64,000 nucleotides of DNA from Chrysomallon squamiferum. Lineage: Eukaryota; Animalia; Mollusca. The notes beneath the pieces are model-generated. The model saw only the letters and a list, made by a program, of their open reading frames with translations. It was not told where the DNA came from and did no database searches. This document shows, piece by piece, positions 12,657-25,483 of this stretch. The position numbers were made by a program, and so were the translations under genes. Numbering within the stretch: the first letter of the stretch is position 1; each line of letters opens with the position of its first letter. Location of the stretch: the NCBI GenBank assembly GCA_012295275.1, contig CM022669.1, positions 12,090,001 through 12,154,000 of the forward strand, written 5' to 3'.

Positions 12657-14095
12657 CGTACCAAAAGGGTGTATCGCTAATGTGATGTCACACTGATTTT
12701 ATAATATAATCTTTTGAATGTGTAAACAAACAAACAAAAAAACTTGTTGTTCACTGTATATTAATTATTATAGAATATTTTGACAGTTTATCATTTAGAT
12801 TATGTTCTTGGTGAACCAGCGTCAACACTGTAACTTCCGAATAAATACACCATCCGTTTTTACCACGATGTGACCCAGGCAAAATAAAACACACTTTTAT
12901 CCTTGTTGTTGAATATTCATTGCACAAATTAATTTAATTAGAAGAAAATAAAATAAAATAAATCTCAGTTACATTTTAAGTTAACGTAGCATCGAGACAG
13001 GTTTCTGTCATAATATCATTTTAGATTTCAACAGCTACATTTAATAAGATTCTTTTCGTTATTATTATTTATTTATTTACTTATTTATTTTTGTTTGTTT
13101 ATTAAGAGAAGAAGAATCGGAAACTCTTTTCCGATTAGCAGGGGATACTTTTATACTGTGGATTCCAATATCATTTTGAATATGGAGTCCTTCATGGAGC
13201 CATTGACCTTTTATCAACTCCTTTCATTTCTTGTAATTAAGAAAAATAAAAATAAAATTATTAAAAAGAGAATGCCTTATCGACAACAACAACAACAACA
13301 ATAATAATAATAATATAGAAAGTTTGCTCGACGTCATTAAAGGGAGTGAGTTTTGAGAATTACTGAGCTAGATCAGAGAGCTTCGTAGCCTTTTTCAGCA
13401 GACGAAATGTACTCCCTGGAAATAAATTAAGCCCATATTAGGAAACCTTAAGCTAAAGTGTTCAAAAAGAATCAAATACATATAGCATGTAGGATGCTGA
13501 AGCAGTAATAGGTTTTAACATTGTCTTCATTATGTATAAGAATTTTTATCACAAAAAAAAACATAACATAGGGCTTCCTCGATTTACAGTTCGTTTACTT
13601 TCTGTTGACGTTGCATGAATGAGAATACACGTATCGAAATAACATTAATTCATAATAGTACCTCATTATTAAAAGACTCGATCATATAATGCTTGTTTCA
13701 TAAAAATGATTCCGTCATAAGGTTTGTGAAAAATCATCCGTTTAGAGATACTGAATAATCACTTAAATAAGGTAACTAAATTACCATTTCCGATTTCATA
13801 TAATTATTAGTAACATTTTATACATAAATCTTTTTTGGTTGAAGAATGATAGTTTCTTTGGACATGGAAATAGATGCTAATTAATTGCCATTGCTATTAC
13901 TAATTAAATACCTTTAATGCTTATCTAACCTAATCTTATAATTTCTTAAAACACGGTTCACAGCAACATTTTATGATCAGCAAGCTATTGCAGGACTTTA
14001 TATATATATATATAAAAAAAGTTCACATACACACATAAATACACACCCACCCACCAACACACACACACACTCACTCACACGCACACACACACACA

Positions 14096-14134
<39 letters not shown>

Positions 14135-14510
14135 GATTATGGCACAGTTTCAATGATGATTTGATAAATAATTAAAAAAGAATAGCACAAAAACCTTGGG
14201 CTACCACACTTGTTGAAATAAGTAATATTTGTTGGCATGTTTTCTTAACTTTTTCCTGAATTTCCATCACTTTTTTCATCATATCTATTTTCTCTGTCCA
14301 ATTAAAAAAATGCCCATTTCCATCATTTTAAGATTTTGTGACCAATGGTTACTCTTTAATAACATTTTATTTTATTTTTTTTTTTTTTTTTTTTTTTTTT
14401 AACGATACCCTTCGGTGAAATAATCGAGTTAAAGTGTATACTGTATATATTTCCGCTTCCGTCATATTTTATAAACGTGTGAGAGTGTGTTGTGTGTTTA
14501 CGAGTTTGTG

Positions 14511-14582
<72 letters not shown>

Positions 14583-14889
14583 AGAGAGAGCAAACTCATA
14601 ATCAAACATAATTCAATCATAAATTAATTAAATAATTCAACAGAAATAGCAGCAAAATAATATTTTATTACTTTTAATAATTAATCTAAGTTAATAACTT
14701 TATAATATTTTACGTATTACCTTTTAAAGTCATAAACTTTTATTGTAATTAGAATATATATGTATTTAAAGAATATAAATTTAAAAAAAATAATGTTTAT
14801 CACAATGGAAAAACATTGTATAAACTTAAATATAGTTTCGCTTTCTGCATTTTTCAAAATATTCCTGTGACATCCGTTTCTAAATCAGC

Positions 14890-16081
14890 CTATCTCTTTA
14901 CAGACTTATTCAAAGATTTCTTGATATTTTGTCGGCTCGCTATCTGCGACTTCTTTTGCTTTGGCGTCTCTGACTGCATGACAGTGTCTGCAGACACCTC
15001 TTGATAGTCTTTCTCCAGAGCAGCAAGATCTTCGCGAGCTTCTTGAAACTCGTCTTCATTCATGCCTTCCCCGATGTACCAGTGGACAAAAGAGCGCTTG
15101 GCGTACATGAGGTCAAACTTGTGATTCAGACGAGAGAAGGGCTCGGCAATGGCTGCGGTATTGCTCAGCATGCACAGTGCCCGGTTGATCTTGCCCAAAT
15201 CACCGCCGCGAACTACGGTGGGCGCTTGGTAGTTGATACCTATCTTAAAACCTGTCGGACACCAGTCTACAAATCTGACATCGGTCCCGTTTCTTATGTT
15301 GTTAATTGCTCTGTTTACGTCCTTTGGTGTGATGTCACCGCGATATAACATGCAGCAGGCCATGTATTTCGACTTCGTCGGATCGCACTTCACCATTGCG
15401 CTCTGAAGTTGAAAGATTTGCTGCGTTATCGACTTAATAGATAATTTCTTTTTTGGAGCTTCTTCTTTCGAAATGATAGGAGAAAATGCAGCCAATGGAA
15501 AGTGGATTCTTGGGTAGGGAACCAAGTTAGTTTGAAATTCCGTCAGGTCTACGTTGAGAGCTCCGTCGAAACGAAGAGATGCAGTGATCGCACTGACTAC
15601 CTGGCCAATCAGACGGTTCAGATTAGCATATGATGGTCTGTCCACTTTGAGTCTCTTATTGCACAGTTCATAAATAGCCTCGTTGTCGATAAGAAAGCTG
15701 CAATCGGAATATTCCAGGGTGGAATGAGTTGTCAAGATGGAATTGTAAGGTTCTACGACTGCCGTGGAAACCAGAGGAGACGGGTAAACAGCGAACTCCA
15801 GCTTGGATTTTTTCGGATAATCATGTGAAAGTCGTTCCATAAGGAGCGAGGTAAATCCAGACCCGGTTCCTCCACCAAAACTGTGAAAAACTAGGAAACC
15901 CTGCAGACTCGCGCACAGATCGGCCACCTTACGGATTCTGTCCAGAGCTAGTTCAATTATCTCCTTACCAATGGAGTAATGACCACGAGCATAATTATTA
16001 GCTGCGTCTTCTTTGCCTGTGATTAGTTGTTCTGGATGAAACAGATGTCGATAGCTTCCTGTTCGCACTTCATCTGGTGAA

Positions 16082-16136
<55 letters not shown>

Positions 16137-16229
16137 TAATAATCTTGGTTTTGTTAATTTCGTTAATTTTATTTTATTTTATTTTACTATTTTTTTATTT
16201 TTTTACGTCTTTATTATTATTATTATTAT

Positions 16230-16264
<35 letters not shown>

Positions 16265-16738
16265 TTATTAGTAGTAGTAGTAGTAAATTTAGCTGGAAGT
16301 TCAGATCAGTTACAATTCTTCGATTTGGTTCCTGAGAAGAAATTTTAAAATACCTATCACAGTTGGTTCCAAATCTATGAACACTGCTCGAGGAACGAAC
16401 TTTCCCGATCCCGTCTCACTGTAAAAGGTATCGAAGCTGTCGTCCCCGATGCCAATATTTCTTCTTTTAGAAAGCAGCCCGTTTCGTCTGATTCCATGTT
16501 CAAGACAGTACAGCTCCCAGCAGGCGTTGCCGATCTGACAACCAGCTTGACCAATATGGACACTAATGCATTCCCTCTGAAAACAGTTTTAACGAATTAC
16601 CGATATTTTACATTCCGAGTACGTGTAAATGTCAGCCCACAGTAAACAACTGCAGAAACGTTATGTTGCCTAATGCACATGGCCTTAATTACATCGAGGC
16701 AAACGAGGCGAATTGACGATTTTTATTTAATTATTAAA

Positions 16739-16771
<33 letters not shown>

Positions 16772-17088
16772 GATTTTATTTTAAAATATATAAAATATAA
16801 ACCCCAATCCATTCCGATAGAAACGATATCCACTGAATGAATTCGTTTATGTCTACGGTTACCGTTTGAAGTCTACCGATATTCGTTACGGTCATGGTGT
16901 TTAAGTTAGGGGACGATTAAGTGTTTCTGCTTCGTTTCAAAAAGAGTCTAGTTATGGCCATTTAATAGGCTATAAATTATTAATATACAAAAAAAAAATA
17001 AAAAATTGGTATTTCATTAATAAAAGAAATATGCAGATAATTTGTATTGTTAATGTTTATAATTATCAACATTTAGAATACATACCAT
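14890..17088 (-). CDS. Divergent alpha-tubulin 2 (469 aa) with basic C-terminal tail
   Basis: Exons 17086-17088 (ATG|GTATGT), 16354-16576 (223 nt) and 14890-16073; same alpha-tubulin motifs; ends ...[10 protein letters not shown]. Confidence 0.95.
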
Positions 17089-17128
17089 TATGCAAAAAGA
17101 CTTGAGATGCGCTCTCGTCCCTGATCTA

Positions 17129-17136
17129 TGACGTCA
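17129..17136. promoter_or_regulatory. Palindromic CRE (TGACGTCA) about 40 bp upstream of tubulin 2 ATG
   Basis: Perfect 8-mer read directly. Confidence 0.4.
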
Positions 17137-17797
17137 CCCATTATCTACCTTAACAACAACTCGTTACTTTCTATCTGTTCTATATATATTTTTATTCACA
17201 TGTATGAACAAACACAATCACACGCGTGCACGTTAACAAATACATATCATAGAGAAAGACAGAGATTAATAGTGTATTAAAAAGATCTAAACTGAAATAA
17301 TACAATAATTACTCGATAAAAAAATATACAAATTGTCCATGAAATAAACCATGCAATTAAGATTATAATAGTAATTATAATAGATAGATAGGTATACTGC
17401 AGATAGACTAATAGATCAGAGAGACAGACAGAGATGATAAAAATAAAACGCCAAGAAAAGCAACAAAAAAAAAAGAGTAAATGTTTTTTTTTTTTTTTTT
17501 TTTTGCTAAACAATTTTTCAAATTGTATAGTATTTATATTAAAGAAAATAGGTACGAAGGTAAAAAATCTGATATATCATAGATATTCTATATTTTAAAA
17601 TGAAAAGAACAAGTGAAAAATAAACTAGAAGTATTTATTAGTCCATAAATACAACAGGGTTTATATATTTTTTAAATATCATTACATTCTGGACTTGTTT
17701 GGGTTTGATGGAACTAAAGTAACGTGTTTCTGTTATTTATTTATTTAATTTATTATTATTTATTATATATATATTTTTTTTTTTTTTTTTTTTTTTT

Positions 17798-17931
17798 TTA
17801 TGGTGGCAAGGGACAGTTAGGATCCTGCATACATTTTGACCAGTACTCGTTTTGTTCCTTGGCGTAAGCTTCATCAACGCACGTGTAAGGTGGACAGCAA
17901 ACACCGGTCATAGGACGGTAACAGGATAGAC
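17798..17931 (-). CDS. Duplicate (alternative) terminal exon 5b of the Cys-rich secreted protein gene
   Basis: Acceptor TTCTTTCAG, 134 nt, same phase and length as exon 23542-23675; encodes (G)LSCYRPMTGVCCPPYTCVDEAYAKEQNEYWSKCMQDPNCPLPP*; 30/44 aa identical, all 6 Cys kept. Confidence 0.85.
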
Positions 17932-19018
17932 CTGAAAGAAAATAAAAAAGATGTCACTAAAATCAGCGTAGTTAAAAATCTCTCGTCCAGTGAGAATTCG
18001 TCATTTACTGCCGTGAAATAAAAGTTACTCCAGCTGAATAATCAGTGACTTCTCTCACTAAAAGAGACTTGGGATGGATATGGTAAGGAGATTAAAACGT
18101 ATTTTAAGTTTATCTGTTATACTTTATCTCCGTTCTATTTTCAAATGGCATCAATTGAGCGAGTTTAAATATAGATGGTTTCGACCAGTAATATTTATTT
18201 AACATATAGCAGTCGTAAATTCAAATACAAAATGGTACTCGTCTTCGACAATATTCATATGACACATTTGACCATTTCATTTGGTCGTTCAGTATTATGA
18301 CAGACACTTTTTCACACTTTTCAAAAACAGTTCTATGTTATTTACATCTTGACTGTGCCAAACCTGTCCAAAGCCTTAGTTAGACAAAAAGCCAGTTACA
18401 ACCACAATGACACCGAAGCGTATCTTCAAAAAGTGATTTCAAAAATGCAATTCCCTGTTCTTAAAAGTTTTAACCGATATTTAATTATTCTTATTTTTCT
18501 AACAACATATAAACGAACTTCTACGGAGTTCAGATAACATTACAAGATCTGAAGCGATTTTCTTAACATTTAAAATTCTCTTGCAGAAATTCGTACGAAT
18601 CTTTCAACATCTTGAACAGAATGGAAATCCCATATTTCACAACAGTAATTTAAAACATTGGAAACGCACTTACCAAACAACGCGCAACTTCGTTTCAGTA
18701 TTAAGTGACAGTTTATTTATTACATAAACTCAGAAATAGCCACATACATTTCCCACGTTGAGATAGGCGATTACCTTCTGTGTTTTTGTGAATTTACTAT
18801 TAAAATCTAGTGTAGAATTAGTGGAAGCGGTAGAACTAGTAGTATTATTTGAGTTATTTTTATTGGAAAGCCTGACGCTGACTCACGAGTTTGGGTGTAA
18901 ACCGCCAAATCTATTATTTTTATTAATCTTAATAAAGCAAGACACACACACGGATCAGTAATGCACAGTGAGAAAAAGGCAGACGCAACACTTATAAATA
19001 TATGATTCTATTATAACA

Positions 19019-19049
<31 letters not shown>

Positions 19050-19104
19050 TAATGTTTATAAATTCCAGATTTAAACTTCAGTTTATACACTATATATAGA
19101 AGAA

Positions 19105-19167
<63 letters not shown>

Positions 19168-20001
19168 CACGCCAACACAAACCCAAAGCACGCAGACCAA
19201 CGCACACTCATATACAGAAATATGCGCACGTGCACGCTCACGTAAATACAGGCGTTTTAGTTTAATTCCTGCTTTATCATCATCATCATCATCATTATTT
19301 TGTTCATTTGTTGCTTGTTTGGTTACATAACAAAATAACGAAGTCTAGTTCATATTTCTATAAAATTTATTTATTGTCCATTATTTAAGAAGAAAGAATC
19401 TATCTAAATCTAACAAACATGCAAGACTGACTGTCTGTGACGTTATGTAAAGTTTTTTTATTTTAAGCAAAGAAAAAATCCGCTCTATATTTTATAGCTT
19501 TATATTTTAAAAAATTACGAATTTGTAAATATATGTATATATATAATAATATTTAATATATACTCAACTATAAATGGTACTTTTTTTTTAAATTTTAAAT
19601 TAATGTATTATTTTATGCCAAACTATTTATGATTCTAGCGAACAAGATAACTATAAAAAAAAAAAGAAGGGGGGTACCTCCATTTTAAATAAATAATCTC
19701 GAATATATTTATCGTAAATACATAATAATAGTATATAATATTAAAGTGATTATATAAATAACGCCATTAATCTATTTTAGTCGTATTTCGTCAAGCAGTT
19801 TCGTTATATATATACATAATTATATATATATTTCTAACATGATGCTGATTGTAACATACATTCCTTTTTATAATTATCATTTTTCTGATTTCATTTATTC
19901 ACCATAACAACAACAGCAACAAAATGTCCTTTACGTTTGTGTCTTGTCTTTCGTTTAAATCCTATCGTTCGTCATGTTCAGTCTTGTGTCCTTGTGGATT
20001 C

Positions 20002-22503
20002 TCACATGTCTTCAGATTCAGTGGTTTCCATTACCGTGTCGACGGCCACCTCCTGGTAGTCCTTCTCCAGAGCGGCCAGGTCCTCGCGGGCTTCGTGGAA
20101 CTCGCCCTCCTCCATCCCCTCGCCGACGTACCAGTGGACGAAGGAGCGCTTGGCGTACATCAGGTCGAACTTGTAGTTGAGACGGGACCACGCCTCTGCG
20201 ATGGCCGTCGTGTTGCTCAGCATGCAGATGGAGCGGTTCACTTTGCCCAGTTCGCCGCGTGACACGTAGTAAGGCGGCTGATAGTTGATGCCCACCTTGA
20301 AGCCCGTGGGGCACCAGTCGACGAAGTTGATGCCCGTTTTCTTTTTCATTGAATTGATGGCGTGGTTGACGTCTCTCGGTATGACGTCGCCGCGGTACAG
20401 CATGCAGCAGGCCATATACTTACCTTGGGTGGGATTGCACTTGACCATCTGGTGATTCTGGCTGAACGTCAGCCTTGTGATGTCCAGCGTGGACAAGGTT
20501 GTTTTGAAAGCTTTTTCCTTTGACATGATGGGCGCAAGCGTCGCCAGCGGAAAGTGGATTCTGGGGTAAGGCACCAGGTTGGTCTGGAACTCGGTCAGGT
20601 CGACGTTGAGTGCTCCGTCGAACCGGAGAGACGCCGTAATGGCGCTGACCAGCTGGCCAATCAGACGGTTCAAAGTGATGTACCTGGGGCTGTCAACGGC
20701 AAGTTTACGGCGGCAGAGGTCAAAGCAGGCTTCGTTGTCGATGAGGAAAGCGCAGTCGGAGTTTTCCAGGGTCGCGTGCGTGGTCAGGAGGGAGTTGTAC
20801 GGCTCGACGACAGCCGTGGACAGCTGAGGAGCCGGATACACCGCGAACTCCAGCTTCGACTTCTTCCCGTAATCAGTGGTAAGATGATCCATTAGCAAGG
20901 TCGTAAATCCAGACCCTGTGCCTCCTCCGAAGCTGTGAAATATAAGGAAGCCCTGAAGGCCCGTGCACAGGTCGGCCACTTTGCGGATTCTGTCGAGGAC
21001 TAGCTCGACGATTTCTTTCCCTGTCGTGTAGCGACCACGTGCGTAGTTGTTGGCTGCGTCTTCTTTACCCGTGATCAGCTGCTCCGGATGGAAGAGGTTT
21101 TTATAGCTGCCGGTTCTGACTTCATCTTGAGAAAATAAGAATAAGAATAATTAAAAAAAAAAATAATAATAAAATAAACAAATTCATTCATTCATTTAAT
21201 AATTAACCAGCTAACTAACTAACTAACTAACTAAATAAATAAATAAATAAAATTCAAAGACCACTTTCTAAATTAATGATTTCTCCTCAGAAAGAATAAT
21301 GATTTTCTGAACCGATATAATATATGTACTGTAGACATACAGTGGCACTTATATATTAGTATATATATTGATTTTCGATTACTTTAGTCAGTATAACCCT
21401 GACATACCAATAAATAAATAAATAAATACATATATAATATGATATGATGATAAGATAAAATGCGTTCAAACAGTGATAAACGAATACTGAGTAATAATCT
21501 ACTAGAGTCCAGTATTAATTAAATGACCAATGTGCAAAGAAGGCCTGAAATAATTATTTTGTGTTTAATTCCTTTTCAGTATAAATTTGTTTTAAAAAAT
21601 GCTGTATTTAAATTGTTCAATATGTGGCACAAAGCGCTATGTTTCAGACTTCCTTAGCCCTGTACAGTGTCGAATCATAATATAAAAATATTTTGTATTT
21701 ATTTGTTTATTTTTAATTTTTTTCAGGACTTCCCAAACCAATTTTAGTAGGAAAAAAAAAAAAAAAAAAAAAATTATAAAAGTTATATATATATATATAT
21801 ATTACAAAACAACCCACTGTAGGAATTGCAATGAATAAAATAAATTAAAATATCGGTTATTTCAAGAAATATTTTTAAAGTTTTGTACTAATATTGGTTT
21901 GGAGGTATTCAGTTTGATTCGTATGTTTTGTCAAAGCTGTTTTGAAATGATTACAACGCAGCTCGAAATGCTTATCAAAAGCTGGGGTGTGCAGTTTGCT
22001 TTGCAAAGATGCATATAAAAGGTTCAAAGCAGACCATACTACGATATTTCTTATCTCACATCAAGACAGTGAAACTCTTTCCTCTTTCTCATTTTTAAAT
22101 TTTGTTTTCTCCCTCTTTAATATTAAATTACCGAGACGTCGTTAAATCATTCGTGCCTTTCGTTACTCACCAATAACAGTTGGTTCAAGATCTACGAAGA
22201 CGGCACGCGGCACGTGCTTGCCGTTTCCCGTCTCATGAAAAAAAGTACTGAAGGAGTCATCGCCATCTCTTACGCGTTTTCTCTTGGTAGACATCAGCCC
22301 GTTTCGTCTGATTCCATGTTCAAGACAATACAGTTCCCAGCAGGCGTTGCCAATTTGACAACCAGCTTGACCGATATGAATGCTAATACATTCCCTCTGA
22401 AAAATATATATTTTTATTTCATAGTTCATGAAAAAAAAAAAAAACTTTAATATATTTTTATTTATTATTTATTACACATTTCAGTTACTGTGCAAAACAC
22501 ATG

Positions 22504-22579
<76 letters not shown>

Positions 22580-22713
22580 AAATACTGTTATAATTTATTA
22601 TCGTTAAACAGAAATGACAGAATTATTATGTTTTATTAAAATAGTTATGAATGATATAAATTAATCCTAAATATTCATATATAATAAAGAACTCTCTCGT
22701 CAGTACTTACCAT
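20002..22713 (-). CDS. Divergent alpha-tubulin 3 (450 aa)
   Basis: Exons 22711-22713 (ATG|GTAAGT), 22171-22396 (226 nt, one extra codon in the luminal loop) and 20002-21125; ends ...[15 protein letters not shown]. Confidence 0.95.
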
Positions 22714-22786
22714 TATAATTGTAATTTTTCGATACTCGACGTTGAAATCAGAAATATATTTTTATTCGTTTTATATATGTTCACCA

Positions 22787-22942
22787 TGACGTCATCGTCA
22801 TCCTCGCAGTTGTGGATGACGCTTATGAGTAGAATTTCGCGTAAAATAGTTTCCAATGGTAATCGCTTCAAAAATTTCTTTCTTCGTTAAAAACGCCTTG
22901 TAGTGAAATAACGTTAGAACTGTATGACGTCAAATGACGTCA
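22787..22942. promoter_or_regulatory. Three palindromic CRE sites upstream of tubulin 3
   Basis: TGACGTCA at 22787-22794, 22925-22932 and 22935-22942 (the last two one helical turn apart). Confidence 0.55.
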
Positions 22943-23541
22943 AAATCATAGTCCCAGCACTGATAACAATAACACGAATAATTCAGCAACAAATCAAATT
23001 TTCGGAAAGGACCCAAATAATTATTTTAAATAAAGTTTGAAATACTTAAATAATTCATAAAAGATTAGTTAGCTAAAGATTAATAAGATTTTGTTTGTAT
23101 TTTTGAACTTATTTTTTAAAAACTATTGTATTAATATTGTCAGTAATGTCGAACGTAACACTGGAAACAAGTGCTCCGAAAACCGTGACAAAAAAGAAAT
23201 TATAATAATAATTAAATAAATAAACAACAACAACAACATCAACAGCAGCAGTTATAATAACAATAACAATAATTTAAATATGAAAAATTAATAAAATTTT
23301 GATATATTAGACGACATTATGTCTTATCAACGGAAGGTGCCAAGTCAACGTAAAGAGCCTAATGTTATGTGTAACAGCATAGCCAGTGCAGCATTTAGAT
23401 GTGTATATAAACCATCATATAATTTCAGCCTTTTTTTTTTTTTTTTGTATTATAATTTTCTATTAAAAGTGATAATTACGACTATGACTCATTTGCAAAC
23501 ACTTTTGCTCAAGATTTAGCTTTTATTTTACTTTTTCGATT

Positions 23542-25329
23542 TTATACGGGTAAAGCACATTTAGGATCTGAAAAGCAGTTTGCCCAGTATTCTCTTTGTT
23601 TTTCAGCGTAAGCGGCGTCTACACACGTGGACGGTGGACAGCAGATGCCGGACATTGGGCGATAGCAGGACAAACCTGAAGTAACAAGAGTACCACGCAT
23701 TTTGAACACTGTGAGGAAATGTCACCATAAACAGTATAATAACTAACTAAGTAAGAAAGGCGTTTTCTCACTGGGGAGAGCATGGATGGTGTTGTGAATG
23801 TTTATCTTGTTTTCTTTTTAGAACTATCCTGAATTTTAGAACAATGTTTGAATAAGAAGTGAATTTGTTAATTTATAAAAGATAGATAAAAAAGAACAAA
23901 GAAAAAGAAAGAAAGAAAGAAAGAAAAGAAAAGAAAAAGAAAAAAGAAGCTTACAACACAAATAAGACACAGACTAATAAAAAAACAAAATTAAAAAAAT
24001 CAACATATCAGATAATAAAAAGTCAAACACAGCTTAAGAGTAGCGAAATGGTAATAACAACAGGTACATTCTCAAGACAGACAGCTTAATAATTCATATC
24101 CGTTTAGTATACATCAGATAATTTTAGGAGAATAAAAATATTACTTCTTGACAAAGAATGTACGAATGTATGTATGTATGTATGTGTGTAGCGCACCTTT
24201 TTTAATGAGTGAATTTGTCAAGAAAATCGATGGAGGTTTTTTGCAGTGTTTGTTATTAAAATAAGGCTACTTTAGTGATAGAATCATAGGCCAAAGGGTT
24301 GCAGTTCTTAATACAGGGGTGCCCCCACCCTTATTCAGCTTGCGAGCTACTTTTAAAACGAACAGGTCAAAATGATCTACCTTGTGAAAAAATGCTAAAT
24401 ATATTTATTTATATATGCACTGAGTAAACTTTATATATACAGTATATCTTGACGCACCGTGCATCACTGCATGGACCCTCACAGCACAATACAACTGAAT
24501 AGATTTAAGAATATTTGTTTGTTGTTTATTTTAAAGTTTACCTTCCTTGCACTGAACGGCGTGCGATCTACCCCCACTATATTGGCGACTGACGTACTGG
24601 GCAGCCCCACCTTAGAATATGCTTTAATACTCATTTCATGTGGCCAAAACATTTCTCTGCAATTGGTCAAATTTCTAAATTTGGGACCTTGTTGCCCTTT
24701 TGTTGCTGATCCCTAAAAATCGTTCAAACTTCAGGGTCCCAAAAATGTTGGTCCGCAAGTGAATAAACATACCCACAGAATATACCTACTAGTACTAACA
24801 CGCACACGCTAAAAATATCGCTCTTTTAAAAGAACTGAACGAATACTAAAATGTTTAAAAGGGTTAGGTTTCCATAAAAAAAAAATTATATGCTTTTAGA
24901 TGTGCTTCTCTATAACGCACTTATAATATAAACCCTAAAAACTGCAGAAAAAACAAGCGAATACCAATGACGACAACAATAATAACAACATTAGTAATAA
25001 CAAGAATTGGAGAAGAAGAAGAAGAAATTACACATCAAAACATTACGTGACATGCTTTGTCCATCCCAACAGGAAAACGGAAACAATAAAGATAAATATG
25101 GGCAACAGCTTGTATAATTTATGTATCTTTGTCTGTTTCTCTGTCTCAAATGTCACCTAGAGGCCTCCATTAACGCTTCAGATATAATTTAGAAATACAT
25201 TAGTAACGTAATTTTCAGGTGATTCTTCATATATCAGATACTAAAACAATTAAAGCGTAACAAACTCAGCATGGAGACGAAACTCTATTAAACAAACACA
25301 CAAACAAACGAATATAGATAATGATGATG

Positions 25330-25398
<69 letters not shown>

Positions 25399-25449
25399 GT
25401 AATAGTAATAATAATAATAATAATAATAGTAGTAGTAGTAATAGTAACA

Positions 25450-25483
<34 letters not shown>

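Noticed and set aside
13110-13420. Third copy of the Cys-rich terminal exon upstream of tubulin 1
   Set aside because: Only a short weak match (CAAAATGATATTGG on the minus strand); no Cys framework or correct spacing.
17774-17800. Poly(A) directly after the exon 5b stop as evidence of a retrocopy
   Set aside because: The exon retains its acceptor and homologous upstream intron sequence, and long A/T runs are common in this window.
19924-20895. Several long ORFs overlapping tubulin 3 (and similar ones over tubulins 1 and 2)
   Set aside because: Antisense or off-frame shadows of GC-rich tubulin coding sequence.
23708-23835. H/ACA snoRNA (hairpin, AGAGCA hinge, hairpin) on the plus strand
   Set aside because: Antisense to the host gene, weak upper stems and no properly placed ACA box in either copy.
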